From Eledone cirrhosa (taxonomy: Eukaryota), in NCBI GenBank assembly GCA_964016885.1, contig OZ024743.1, positions 90,210,001 to 90,274,000 on the forward strand: 64,000 bases of DNA, in the 5' to 3' direction. Position numbers and translations under genes: made by a program. How positions within the stretch are numbered: the first letter of the stretch is position 1; the number at the start of each line of letters is the position of its first letter. This document shows positions 1 through 12,938 of the stretch, piece by piece. Under the pieces are notes generated by a model. It was given only the letters and a program-made list of their open reading frames with translations, was not told the origin of the DNA and made no database searches.

Positions 1-260
1 AGGTCGATACCATTTGTTCCAGTGCACATTGGGACATAACAAAACAGTTAAAATATAAGTTATGCCTTTAGGCAAATTACACAAATAGAGAATGTGCAAG
101 GAGAAAAAAGTATAGAAAGGAGCGAAATAGTAAAAGAAGAGAATAATAAGAACTGTAGTTCAGCGTGCAGATAAAGAAGAAGGACACTGGGGCATAGAAA
201 ATGTAGGAAGAGAGATTAGAGGAAAACAGGCCAGGCAATTATATATATATATATATATAT

Positions 261-303
<43 letters not shown>

Positions 304-715
304 AGTAGTGATCAGATTTTGTTAGGGGAAGACTTTATCAATATGCAATGGTTTTAGACTCGACAAGTGAATGTTTCATCCTAGAGTTTCCATGGTGATT
401 AACTGTGGGTACATTGAAGGTAAGTCCAGGAGTATTTATATATAATATAATAAGTAACATGAATATAACAACTTCACAGTTAGAGGATCAACATTTATTC
501 TATAAATGACACGTGTTTTGCCAACTATATATATATATATCATCTTTATCCTCATCATCATTTTTGCATCCACTTTTCCATGTTGGTACGGGTTGAACAG
601 GATATTTTGAAACAATGTTTTACAACTGGATATCCTTCCAGATGCCAACCCTTTCAGTCACCTCATACAACACACAGGGATATGGTGTATCTATTCTAAA
701 AACAAGGATACAAAC

Positions 716-794
<79 letters not shown>

Positions 795-850
795 TGTGTA
801 TATTGATTCAGGAACTCAAAATAGTTTCTTACATATATCATCATCATCAT

Positions 851-900
<50 letters not shown>

Positions 901-989
901 CAATAACAGGAGGCTGGACTGGTGTAAATCCTTGAAAGGTTTATTATACTATGATCATTTCAATGACCGGGTTCCATATGAATCCGGTG

Positions 990-1145
990 GTAGTGCAGTT
1001 CACCCGTCTTCGTTTGTGTAGTTGGTGGTGCGAATACGGAGTTAATTATAAATAAAAATAGAAAAGCCTCCTGTTATTTTTATTTATAATTAACTCCGTA
1101 TTCGCACCACCAACTACACAAACGAAGACGGGTGAACTGCACTAC
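990..1145. repeat. Perfect inverted repeat (71-bp arms) in a PLE pLTR-like fragment between (TA)n tracts
   Basis: 990-1060 is the reverse complement of 1075-1145. Confidence 0.9.
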
Positions 1146-1227
1146 GTTGAGTACTCTCCACAATATTACACCAAGATTGACCATACAGAATGACCAAATC
1201 TATCCAGTGGTGAACCAACAAACCTAA

Positions 1228-1268
<41 letters not shown>

Positions 1269-1684
1269 ATGCTAGCATGGAAGATAGACGTTAAACGATA
1301 ATGATGATGATGATATATATAAATCAAGATGGATACAATAAGAAACTGGTTAGACCATTACTCACCAGAGTACTCGATACTTGGGGTAGTAGAGTATGGT
1401 TACATGAAAGAGTTAGGACCCTGACTGCTGAGCTCTTGCTGTTTCAACAGAGCTCGTTCCAGTCTGGAAGAGCTCAGCCATTGGGGTCCCGACCCTTTCA
1501 TATATAAATATATATGTATACACAGACATACATATATATATAAATATAGAGTGATCATTTAATATATATTTATCTAAAACAGATAAAGGTAGGAAAAATA
1601 ACACAACATGCAATGAAAAGTAAAGAGAGAACAACAAACATCACTAAATTCTAATTTTCATGAACCTGAAAGAAACTTACTTAC

Positions 1685-1705
1685 CAGTTTTCATTCTGAA
1701 AACAC
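1685..1705 (-). CDS. Candidate 21-nt frame-preserving anoctamin micro-exon
   Basis: atttttgtccatcag|GTGTTTTCAGAATGAAAACTG|gtaagtaag; open in phase 2 after the TM1 exon (R-CFQNEN-). Confidence 0.4.
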
Positions 1706-2359
1706 CTGATGGACAAAAATTAGTTTGAGTATTAAACCTATTTTACCACAATGTAGTACCTACATCTGTTATAAAATAGTATCTCTAAGTATTGTCTACA
1801 TTTACTATAAAGTAGTACCTACATTTGTTATAAAGTAGTACCTACATTTACTATAAAGTAGTAGCTCTACATTTGTTATAAAATAATTGTTTCTACTTTA
1901 GGCACAAGGCCAGCAATTACCCAGTACATTACTGGTACTTTATTTTATCGACCCCGTAAGGATGAAAGGCAAAGTTAACCTCGGCGGGATTTGAACTCAG
2001 ACTGTAAAGGGACGTAACTATGCTATTGATATTTACTAAATGTGGTGTCTACCTATATTTACTACAAAATATTAACTCACTAAGGCAGTGAATTGGCAGA
2101 GTTGTTAGAATATTGAAGAGAATGCTTTGTGCTATTTATTCCGGCTCTCTGCTCTCTCAGTTCAAATCCCATTGAAGTCAACTTTGCCTTTCATCCTTTC
2201 AAGGATGAACCCAGAGAGCAATGAAATGGATCAAATGCAGAAGCATTTTATTTGTCCTAACAACTGATGTAAGCATTTCAGTTTGTTTGGGGGAGGATTT
2301 AATTTCTTTTTAGATCAAAGGAGAGATAAATAAATAAGATTTTCTGAAATCTGCCTTAC

Positions 2360-2699
2360 CTTAAGTTAAGACCATAAAAAAATATACCAATGCCAAATAT
2401 AGTTGGAAACCACAGTGAAGTCATTAGCATACCAGTCCAGGCAAAATAGAATGCTATTTTCTCTCCAAAATAATTTCGGATTTTCCAAAGGGGTTGAAAC
2501 TTCCAGAAAACTGTCCATTTTTTAGAAATAGTGTGACGAGAATCACAGACATGTCCTGACATCTCACTTTTGGAATCACTGGATGTCTTATCTTCAGAAG
2601 ATTTGAAACTTTCAATTGTTTTCTGTTCCAATTCATCAATGTCATCATGAAGGATGAAAGAATCATAATAGACTTTGTGTTTCAATAAATAAAGTAAAC
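2360..2699 (-). CDS. Anoctamin exon containing the pre-TM1 motif and TM1
   Basis: ctccag|GT TTA... and |gtaagg; encodes GLLYLLKHKVYYDSFILHD...W..FWKFQPLWKIRNYFGEKIAFYFAWTGMLMTSLWFPTIFGIGIFFYG, the diagnostic QPL..IR.YFGEKIA.YFAW motif. The gene continues beyond the window start. Confidence 0.95.
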
Positions 2700-3786
2700 C
2701 TGGAGTTGAGGAATAGAAGAGAAGAAAGATGGGAGTATTAGATACACATCAAAATATACAAACATCAATAACTATAGATATGATTACAGGTCTACCACAT
2801 ATAAATAAAATCTTCAAGTACATGGAAGCTACGGAAAGATTCAACAACAGAAACTTCTAGCTGTTTTACAGCTTCCCTTGATTCCAATTTTCCTTTTCTT
2901 TTTTATTTTCTTATCCATAATCTGCCTCCCCTTGGCTTTCAATATTTGAAATTTTAATTTTAATTTTTTTTTTTTTTTTATTATTATTTCTCACCAGCTC
3001 TTTTTGATTACCAACTGTAAGAGGTACTCGTTACTTCTCCGAGTCTGTCATGGCTTACTAGCTCTATACGGACGTTTGAAATAAATTAATAAATATCTTC
3101 TGTATAAGGGCAAACAGCTTGGATGTGTAGTTAAGGAGTTCGCTTCATAACCATCACCCCATGCCCCTCACACATACACTTATTAACTTTTCAGATCGAT
3201 AATTTTTCTTGGTTGCAGGTGCTGATTTATTTTTTTTTTTAGAAACCAGAATTAGTTGTTTAGTTTACATATTGAGACCCCCAACCCATCCTATTTATTT
3301 GGGATTTCTAGTAATGGTATTTTTTGTCATGTATAATGTTTTTTAATGTCTAAAAAAAATTAATTGCCGCAGGAATGCTACCACTTAAAATAAAATTTCG
3401 CCGGAGATAGATTAGCAAAGTTTAGTAAGCGGGGGTTGAAATAAGAACGGGGTGTTGGAAAAAATCTGAAAAATTAATAAGTCCGTTGGGAACAATTATT
3501 CAAAACCCGAGAATATATTGAAATTTCAAGGGAAACAACTCTTTCACAAAAGCAAGAGTTATTTCCTTTAAATAATTTGTATTCATTTTTTTTTTTATCA
3601 CAAAGTTTTAGTTTCTGCACATGAAGAGTATATAATTAATTAAATTGACCTCAGTAAATCACTGGTATTTGATTTATGGGTCCCACCCTCACAGCTTGGA
3701 TCTGGAAGGAAAAGATAACTCAGCTTAATTGACTATGGAATATAGAGAAACAAAGCAAGTACGATCGGTGAATTGGCAGGCTCATT

Positions 3787-4180
3787 AAAGAGTTCTTGTC
3801 ATCGCTAGCGGTTCACCTTACCGAGATGTCAGGTGATACTCGTGATAGTGCCTGGTTGTTCCAGCACCTTATCCTCGCCATCACCCGTGGTTATGTTGGG
3901 AGTGTGTTGGGTAGCCTCAGAGTGTTCCGTTGACCCTTATGATGTGATGTGCGGCCGATTATCGCACTTGGTGCTGAATTGATGGTCGTTTTCGTTTTTG
4001 TCCTACCCGCTCTTTTTTTTTCCTTTTTCTTTTTCTCTTTTATGCATTTATATTTGTGTTTATCAACATTATATTTGGAATGTTATTCTGAAAGAATTGC
4101 GAGCAATTTATAATGTTATTTACGCACTTGTTATTACAAATATTATAGAGCAAATAATAAGACAAAAGATATGAATAAAA
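3787..4180 (+). mobile_element. CRE-clade non-LTR retrotransposon 3' end inserted into a SINE
   Basis: 3787-3933 reads KEFLSSLAVHLTEMSGDTRDSAWLFQHLILAITRGYVGSVLGS*, resembling the CRE C-terminal GD.R...L.QR.S.A..RGN motif; possible TSD cattaaagagt/cattagagagt. Confidence 0.65.
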
Positions 4181-5264
4181 ACATTAGAGAGTAGGACAAT
4201 AAACCTTGCAGTATTTGTTCCAACACTCGGCGTTCTGAGTTCAATTCGTGGTCAGCTCAACTTTGCCTTTGATCATTTTGGAGGTCACTAAAATAAAGTT
4301 CACTCGGTTGCACACATTTGGACCAGGTTTCCTGATTAAAATTAAAACCCACCCCCACCCCACCACCCCATGCCTTCCACTAGTCTCTGTGGGACCTAGA
4401 AAGACACAGGCTCTGCCCTTCCCTCCGTGACTAACCAGTAAAAAAACATTCAAATGTTGCTACCAATTCTTTATTCTTATACTCCACATTTTAAAGTTAA
4501 TTATCATTCTCTCCCTTCTTCACCTCTCTAAGCAATATTGATTGAATCTAGTTTAGAATATCCCTGCATATTGTAAGTCTCTGATTCTCGTGAGGTCGCT
4601 TCTTACCCTGGTTTCATGGCGTGAAGTGACTGAGAATACAAGACTTCCCTCTGAACAGGACACCAGTCCATCACAGGGTTAAACCCCCAGCTATTGTTGG
4701 TACTCATTTTCAGCGAAGTGTACTAGTGGAACATGAAAGGAAGTGTTTTGCTGAAGAACACAACACACAACTCAACCGAGGAATCGAACCCATGACATTA
4801 TAATCGTAAGTCCAACACCTAGACCACGTGTATTGTAAGAGGTAACTAAAAGAATTGGTGCCAGGCAGGGCATCAGCTGTAAAAGATTGCTTCAAAAAGG
4901 ACCCCATGATGAACATGAAGCTTTCTATGAAGACCCTCTAGACTAACTCGATTTAACAAAGAATAGCGAACTTAAAATACTTGCTATTTAATCTATATAA
5001 GCAATCAATTATAATCAAAGATTCTTAAATATGGTGTTATCAAAGAAAATATATCGATCAAATCTTGAATTACACTTGAGGAACTATCTGATGACTATTT
5101 AACAGGAACTTGAAATTCTCAGTGTCACACCAAAAATAACATAGTATTGGGAACAAATCTCTATAACAGAGTTGATTTGATGCTTTTGAGTGCCATGTAA
5201 ACCTTCTAAGAAACTCGAAACAGACTGAAGAGCCATCATAAATCTAAGAGCTAGACTGAGTATC

Positions 5265-5867
5265 CAGAGCTGGATTTAGACCTTGAGAAGTCTGGGGCAC
5301 TTCCGGTTTGGAGCGCCCCTTATACACAAAAATTTAGAATACACACCAAACCCCCAATTTTACATATCAATGGCGGCATGAAGCAAGTAATTGGAATTAA
5401 AAAGTTATACATACAGGTATTAAATAAAAACATCCAGCTATCGTCATTTTATGTCCATTTTCCCCACTGGCATGGGTTGGACAGGTTGTCACAGTCAAAG
5501 ACCAGACATATTGGAGTGACCTCATCTTACATATTTGGCATAATTTCTATGGCTTGATGCCCTTCCTAACAACCACTTTAGAGTGTTTACTGGATGCATT
5601 GTTTTTGCAGAGGTAGCACAACCACTTTACACAGTGGACAAGGTATATTCTATCAAGGCATCAACACTAGTAATTTACTGGATGTACTGAGTGCATTTTA
5701 TTGTGGTACTTGTACTAAAGAGGTTGTTACATGCTTGTTGTCAAAGGGATAAACTAAAAAGCCCAGCAGAGGACACAAATAAATTACTACGGCTGTTGTT
5801 GGCGGGGCCCTCACTGTGGGAGGCCCAGGGCAATTGCCCACTTTTCTCCCCATTAAATCCGGCCCTG
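5265..5867. mobile_element. hAT-like MITE with an internal SINE insertion; second copy at 14631-14900
   Basis: TIR cag(a/g)gc(t/c)ggattta...taaatccggccctg; degenerate 8-bp TSD tgagtatc/taaatatc. Confidence 0.65.
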
Positions 5868-6352
5868 TAAATATCAATGTCTAACTTGAATACTCAGAAG
5901 AGCACTTTACAGAATAATTTCATTATTATTTAATACTTCACAAAGAATACTCAGAAAATTCAGATAAACAAAAGAAAGCTTTCAGCATTAATGAATTAAA
6001 AGGAAAATCTGAAATATCAGGTGATGATCATCAGGGTGCTTGGCTATTCCATTGGCTTAGCCTCACTGTCACTCGCTGTGCTGCCATGAATACCTCGGTT
6101 CTCTGCAAAAATATTTAGAAGGCAACATTTAGAAGGTCTTCTGCCTTCTATTTTCCTTTCTTCGGACTCTTATTGATTTGCTTATTTTGTAAATCATAAA
6201 TATTATATAATGTAATAGAAAGCCTTTGTTTGTTGAATAACAAAACAATGTGTGTAATAACTCAACTTCCATGAGTAGCTTAGATGAGAGGAGATAGGCT
6301 GCTACTGATGCTACAACTACAACAGTTGCCAGCAGGGGGGGGGGGATTTTAA

Positions 6353-6965
6353 ATGATGATGATGATGATGATGATGATGACGGTGACGGCGATGATGATG
6401 GCAACAATGATGATAATGGTGGTGATGGTGGTGATGATGGTGGTGATGATGGTGGTGGTGGTGATGATAATGGTGGTGATGGTGGTGATGATAATGGTGG
6501 TGATGATGGTGGTGGTGGTGATGATAATGGTGGTGATGGTGGTGATGATAATGGTGGTGGTGGTGGTGATGATAATGGTGGTGGTGGTGGTGATGGTGGT
6601 GATGGTGGTGATGGTGGTGATGATAATGGTGGTGATGGTGGTGGTGGCGGTGATGGTGGTGATGATGATAATGGCGGTGATGGTGGTGATGGTGGTGATG
6701 GTGGTGATGATCATGGTGGTGGTGGTGGTGGTGGTGATGATAATGGTGGTGATGGTGGTGATGGTGGTGATGATAATGGTGGTGATGGTGGTGATGGTGG
6801 TGGTGATGGTGGTGATAGTGGTGGTGATGTTAATGGTGGTGATGGTGGTGATGGTGGTGATGATGGTGATGATAATGGTGGTGATGGTGGTGATAGTGGT
6901 GATGGTGGTGATGGTGGTGATAGTGGTGATGGTGGTGATGATAATGGTGATGATGATGATGATAA
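6353..6965. repeat. (GAT/GGT)n compound microsatellite
   Basis: Direct inspection. Confidence 0.95.
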
Positions 6966-6985
6966 GGAGGAGGAGGATGGCTTAC

Positions 6986-7052
6986 CTCTTAAATCTTTCT
7001 CTGACTGATCTTTCTCATCTCTATAATCCAAACTGATTAAAATAAGATATGT
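6986..7052 (-). CDS. Anoctamin exon (67 nt)
   Basis: ttttgtag|ACA...AGA G|gtaagc; encodes TYLILISLDYRDEKDQSEKDLR(G); phase 0 in and 1 out, bridging RSLL and GLLYLL. Confidence 0.85.
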
Positions 7053-7310
7053 CTACAAAATACAAGAATTTCTAGAAATTATTACATTGTACTTTCTAAT
7101 CAATATCATCAAAATTAATATATACACACACACACATACATACACACACACACACATGCACACATAAACACACACATACATACACACACACACATACATA
7201 AACACACACACATACATACACACACACATACACACATACATACATGCACACACACACACATACCTACACACACACATATATATGTATGTATGCGTGTATA
7301 TGTATGTATA

Positions 7311-7920
7311 TGTCAGGTCACCAGTTGGTGCTAGTGGTAACAAGTATCCCAGTACAACCTGTCTCATGGTCGGGTCGGTGGCGACTAAACTAGCAACCCC
7401 ACCAAGGTTTCTTGGTGAGGAGGGTGACTTTGGACATCCTGCAGGACTAAAAACAAAACCTGTCAAAGGGCAAAGGAGCTCTTAAGAGTCAATGGCCATC
7501 AAAAATCACCGGGAGAGATGACCCCTTAGCCTTTGTCAAGGCAGAATTCTAGGAGAAGGAAAACTCTGATATAACACATGCAACCCTAATGGTATCCAAT
7601 GATGTTGACTTGTTCTTCTTTTTGGTAAATATCATCTTGGTTAAGAGAGTAGGACTGGCTTTGTGCAGTGCCTTTGCTCACTATAAAAGCTTCACGGCAC
7701 AGGCATTGCTTTATATCTGGAGATCTCTCTGCACTTGTCGTCACATGGTACCATGGGCCCAGGACTATGTGTCAATAATTGTCACAAGTGTAGTGTTTGT
7801 ACCAGAGTTTTCAAGTCGCTGGCTGGACTAAAAAATCACACTCGTTCAGCGCATCGGTAGGGGTTCTCCTACATGGATATAAAGTAGTGGCCGTACTCAA
7901 AAACGAGTTGGCAGCCACCA
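7311..7920 (+). repeat. About 600-bp non-coding interspersed repeat; copies at 52078-52652 (close) and 22739-23265 (diverged)
   Basis: Near-identical blocks (cccagtacaacctgt...gcaaccccaccaagg...gagttggcagccacc), always bordered by TA/TG microsatellites. Confidence 0.85.
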
Positions 7921-8235
7921 TGTATGTATGTATCTATGTATATATATATATATGTATATATATGTATGTATATAGATGTATGTATATATATATATATATA
8001 GATTACTAAAATTCTGTGCTTGCTTGCTTGTCTGTAATGTAATACAGCCAAAAGGGCACATAATGGGAAAATACCTTGAAAGAAGGTTGCCCTTGAAATG
8101 GGAATACTAAACAGAGAGAGAAGGAGGATAGAGAGAAAGAGATAGTGGTTGTGAGAGAGTAGATTGAAAGATAAAGAGAGGGAGAGGAGACGAAGAAGGA
8201 GAATGGAAGAGAGAGAGCTGGTAGTGTTGTGTATA

Positions 8236-10118
8236 TCATCATCATCATCATCGTTTAACATCCATCTTCCACGCTAGCATGGGTTAGACGGGAGTTGTCC
8301 CAATTTGAGTCAAGGTTGGTCGGGTGACCGTGTCTCGCTCATATAGGACTATCTGGTAGGTTTTCTTCGGCTGGATGCCCTTCCTAACACCAACCACATT
8401 TACAGTGTGGAACTGGGAACTTTTTACCATGTTACTTACACGACCACATTACAGCGTGGACTGCGTGTAGTTTTTTTTTTTTTTTTTTTTTTGTTTGTCG
8501 TGACACCTACACGATCTCGATCTCAATCTCATTATCTCATTTATTTGGACTGGATGTTGTGGTACCAGCTTTACAGAGAGAGGATGGTGTTGGTGGGAGT
8601 GGGAGGATAGGGTAGGGGTAGTGGATTGGGGTGTATATTTGGTTAAGAGGTGCCTACTGACTGTAGATTTCGCTTTGTACATAGGCAAGGCGGGTCTTCT
8701 GTATTACTGCGTAGCGCCAAAGATCTCGGTCCAGTGACATTGTCTTGGAGAGGTGTAAGTGTGTAAGGTCGGAATTTATCAGATCGTCCCAGGTTTTTCT
8801 GGGTCTGCCTACTCCATAGCTACCATCAATTTTGATCGCCCTGCACTTTTTTATGCAGATGTCGTCTTTCATGCGCATCAAGTGACCATACCAACGTAGT
8901 CTTCTCTCAAGTAAACAGCATCTGATCCCTCTTATTCCTAATTTCTCACTTAGTTCATTTATGCTTTACCGCTCACATATATTACTATTACACATCCAAC
9001 GGAGCATGCATGCTTCATTCCTTTCCACTCTGCGCAGGGCCTCTGCACGCAATGCCCATGTCTCACTGCCATGTAGCATTGCTGTTCATATACAGGCATC
9101 ATACAATCTGCCTTTCATTTTCAGCGGTATAAGCTCTCTGAACTTTTTCCATCCTGTTCTGACTCTGGTTACTGTACTTTCAGAACACCCTCCAACACTG
9201 CTGATTTCGTCACCCAGGTAACGGAAAGTGTCTACTATTTCTATAGAACCATCTGGGCAATAGAAGGAGCTAGTATGCTGTGGACACTTGCTACTTATTG
9301 CACCTGAGCATTGGCCACATATAAAGTCTATGTTCTTAGATAGTTTACCTGTGATCCCACTACATCTTTTATGTACCCATACTTTGCATTTGGGACATAA
9401 AATGGAATTTCTGCCTACTCCTTTCCTATACACTGAGCATGGCCATTTCCCTGAGGGCACCTGTGCCCTATTTTCCTTTCTACAAACTAGAACTTTAGTC
9501 TTAGACAAGTTAACTTTAAGGCCTTTTGATTCTAGGCCATGTTTCCATGTTTGCAATTTCTTGTCTAGTTCAGCCATTGATTCAGCTATGAGCGTTAGAT
9601 CATCTGCATATAGGAGTTCCCATGGGCAGCCAGTCTTGAACTCCTCTGTTATAGCCTGAAGGGCAATAATAAATAGGAGGGGCCTTGATGAACGCCAACT
9701 TTTACACTAAATTCTTCACAATATTCATTGTTAATTCTAACCTTACTGACTGTTTCATTATACATGGCTTGTATAGCTCTCACAAGCCATTCATCTACAC
9801 CTAGTTTTCTAAGAGCCCACCAGATAATGGAGCAGGGGACTGTGTCAAAGGCTTTCTCCAGGTCTACAAACTAAAGTAGAGGGGTTTACTTTTAGCTAGG
9901 TACTTCTCTTGTAGTTGTCGTACAAGGAAAAGAGCGTCTGTGGTACTTTTACCTGACACAAACCCAAACTGCATTTCATCTAGATCAATTCGCTCTCTGA
10001 TTAGTTGCGCTATAACTCTTTCTGAGACTTTCATGACCTGGTCTACTAACTTAATGCCTCTATAATTTCCCCTATCAAGAGCATCCCCTTTACCCTTGTA
10101 GCAGTTAATGATGATGCA
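8236..10118 (-). mobile_element. RTE-clade LINE, 5'-truncated and degenerate
   Basis: YRGIKL, QFGF, DLEKAFD, ELLYADDL, KVNLSKTK, PHD-like CSV..CPKC..WVHKRC, FRYLG, GRPRKTW; 3'UTR ending in (GAT)n. Confidence 0.9.
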
Positions 10119-10807
10119 TATATATATATGTGTGTGTGTGTGTCTATGGCCAGTGTATATAGATCACACACACACATACATATATATATGTATACACACA
10201 CACACACACACATTTATATATATACATACACACACGACCGTGACCTCTGGCGTCACGCAGTAATACAGAGTACCCGACCTCCCATGGGTACAAGCTGAAG
10301 CATATAGACAATATGCCCCCACACCCTCCCACTGCAAGGTGGTCGTGGAGGTGCCACAGCAAAAAAGCACCCAGTCCACACTGTAAAGTGGACGTGTAGG
10401 CGCCACGGAAAAGCCCCCAGCACTCACTGTAAATGAGGTTGGTGTTAGGAAGAGCATCCAGCTGTAGAAATCAAGCCAGAATCAGTTCCTGTATGAGCAA
10501 GGCATGGTCAGCCGACCAGACACTGCCCACAACAGGACAACCCGTCTAACCCATGCTAGCTTGGAAGAACGGACGTAAAACGGTGGTGATGATGATGATG
10601 ATGATGATGACACGTATATATATATATGGGTCTTCCAGTTTCATTTCACATTATATATATGTCTGCGTATATTTTAATTATTTAAAAATTATTTTTAAGT
10701 GAACGTGACTACAATGAAATACTGGTGTTGCTACCAAATCAAGCACTCTATGCACAGGCAGAGTGTATATAATAGAAATGTGACTCAAATTTTTTTTTTG
10801 TCACATC

Positions 10808-10898
10808 ACTAGTCTGACGAGCAGATTGGTACTGGAGTTGAGTCCAAAACTCCTATGGGTTACATTGAGCAAATTCTCTGCGAAACACGCGTAACAGG
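10808..10898 (+). ncRNA. Hammerhead ribozyme with a long stem II insertion
   Basis: CUGACGA GCAGA ...~50 nt... UCUGC GAA AC acgc GU A; palindromic ACGCGU; stem I imperfect (cuagu/acagg). Confidence 0.55.
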
Positions 10899-11183
10899 TT
10901 GATACACAATAAATATTTTTCATATGTAAACGAAACTTCGACATTTTTTCTATTATATATATATATATATAATAATTGTTTCTACTTTTGGCACAAGGCC
11001 AGCAAATACCCAGTACATTACTGGTACTTTATTTTATCGACCCCGTATGGATGAAAGGCAAAGTTAACCTCGGCGGGATTTGAACTCAGATCATAAAGGG
11101 ACGTAACTATGCTGGAAAGCATGTCCGAGCCTCTACCGATACTGCCAATAATAAAATGTGGAGAGGAGGTACACGAGTTAGGA

Positions 11184-11441
11184 TATATTTATATATATAT
11201 ATGAAAACAGGGAGAAAGAGACGATTATGAGGAAGAAAAATATATTTTCTTCCTTTTTTTGTGTCTCTCTCTCTCTCTTTTCTGGGTTAGAAAATGATTA
11301 AAACGAAATGTTTTACTTCACACAAAGTAAAACATTTCGTTTTAATCATTTTCTAACCCAGAAAAAAGAGAGAGAGAGACACAAAAAAAGGAAGAAAATA
11401 TATTTTTTCTTCCTCATAATCGTCTCTTTCTCCCTGTTTTC

Positions 11442-11460
<19 letters not shown>
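11184..11460. repeat. Near-perfect fold-back (about 130-bp arms, 6-nt loop) in (TA)n
   Basis: ...gaaatgttttactt cacaca aagtaaaacatttc...; the arms extend into TA tracts. Confidence 0.9.
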
Positions 11461-11513
<53 letters not shown>

Positions 11514-11728
11514 TGATAGATTTACTGTCCATAACCCTCTCACGTGCTGGTACTATGATAAAATGCACCAAGTACACTCTGTATAGTACAGGAACATATG
11601 TAAGCAAGACGTGGCCTCCAACCCTTCTGCAAGGACAGTGACTCTGATTCAATGCTGACTTGGTCTATGATGATCTGTCAAACCCATGCTAGTAGGAAAA
11701 AACAGACAGTAAATGATGGTGGTGGTGG

Positions 11729-11778
<50 letters not shown>

Positions 11779-12464
11779 TAATATAAACATGACACAGTGT
11801 CTGCTACAAATCTAATATGGAATACTATGAGGCCTATTGTATGCTATCAATAAAACATTGGTTTGAATGTTGGGTTCACAATCTTAAGGTACTGAGTTTG
11901 AGTCCCAGACCAGGCAGCATGTTGTGTCCTTGAGCAAAACACATTTAAACCCTTTGTGATGGCGCTAATGTCAAGCTATATCAGCCTATGACTTTCACTT
12001 GGTTAACATTGATGGTATGGAGAAGGAAAGATTGGCATGCTAGTCTTCGACAAAACACCTTTCACAAGTTCATGCTTTGGAGAGGAACTTTCCAGGTGCA
12101 AGACCATGGTCAGTTATGATTGAATAGGTTAATAAAAACATACTTATAATTATTTTGAAGTTTTGCATAATCATGTTGTGTTATTTTTGTCACAGGGTTT
12201 CGTGAAATTCCATGGCAAGAAGTAAATATATAATTCGAAGTCTTGTTTCTATGATGGTCTACAACAATACTTTAGAGGAATCGCTTTCCCCACATCAATC
12301 ACACATGAACACACACTCACATCAACTATTAATCAAACAAAACAACAAACTAACCAAACATTTCTGCTAAACATATATTCTGGTGAATCAACAGAATTAA
12401 GTCAAAAATAAAACAGGAATTTCAGTAGTAAAAATAACCCTAATTTGGTTTTTCTTCCACTTAC

Positions 12465-12565
12465 CAAAAGTGACCGAAGTGCTGGGCGGAAGAATTGGGA
12501 TGGATCTTCATAACAATAAAACCAATGAATTTTCTCCATGATAAATGGTGCACTGACAAAATCAA
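12465..12565 (-). CDS. Anoctamin exon (101 nt)
   Basis: ttcttcatcag| ... TTG|gtaagt; encodes (V)DFVSAPFIMEKIHWFYCYEDPSQFFRPALRSLL with the anoctamin FF...RS motif; phase 1 in and 0 out. Confidence 0.9.
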
Positions 12566-12775
12566 CTGATGAAGAAATATAATAAACAATAACGAGAATA
12601 TATGACATTGTTATTAGACAATTAATTTGTTATGGAAAGAAATATAGGAAATTAAACTGATCCCCCAGATCATAACCAGTATTCTCACAGGATGAAGGTT
12701 AAAGATGATCCAGGCAGGGTTTGAACTCACAATGTAGGACATTTAAGACAGACAGAATCTGTTACCAACCATACA

Positions 12776-12938
12776 ATTTCATACAGTCTGTTACCAACCA
12801 TACCATTAAATGCACAGTCTGTTACCAACCATACCATTAAATGCACAGTCTGTTACCAACCATACCATTAAATGCACAGTCTGTTACCAACCATACCATT
12901 AAATGCACAGTCTGTTACCAACCATACCATTAAATGCA
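12776..12938. repeat. 30-bp minisatellite, about 5 copies
   Basis: Unit cagtctgttaccaaccataccattaaatgca. Confidence 0.9.

Noticed and set aside
10236-10325. Possible HDV-like ribozyme (acc tcccatg ggt) at a SINE-like head, also near 41840
   Set aside because: P1/P1.1 pairing and the catalytic J4/2 could not be built, and the second copy does not preserve the putative P3
12143-12258. Possible extra minus-strand exon (tag|ACCATC...TATAA|gtatg)
   Set aside because: Open only in phase 1 to 2, incompatible with the phase-0 junction between the flanking anoctamin exons, which already join cleanly
12776-12938. CRISPR-like 30-bp repeats
   Set aside because: Contiguous tandem units without spacers, in a eukaryotic intron
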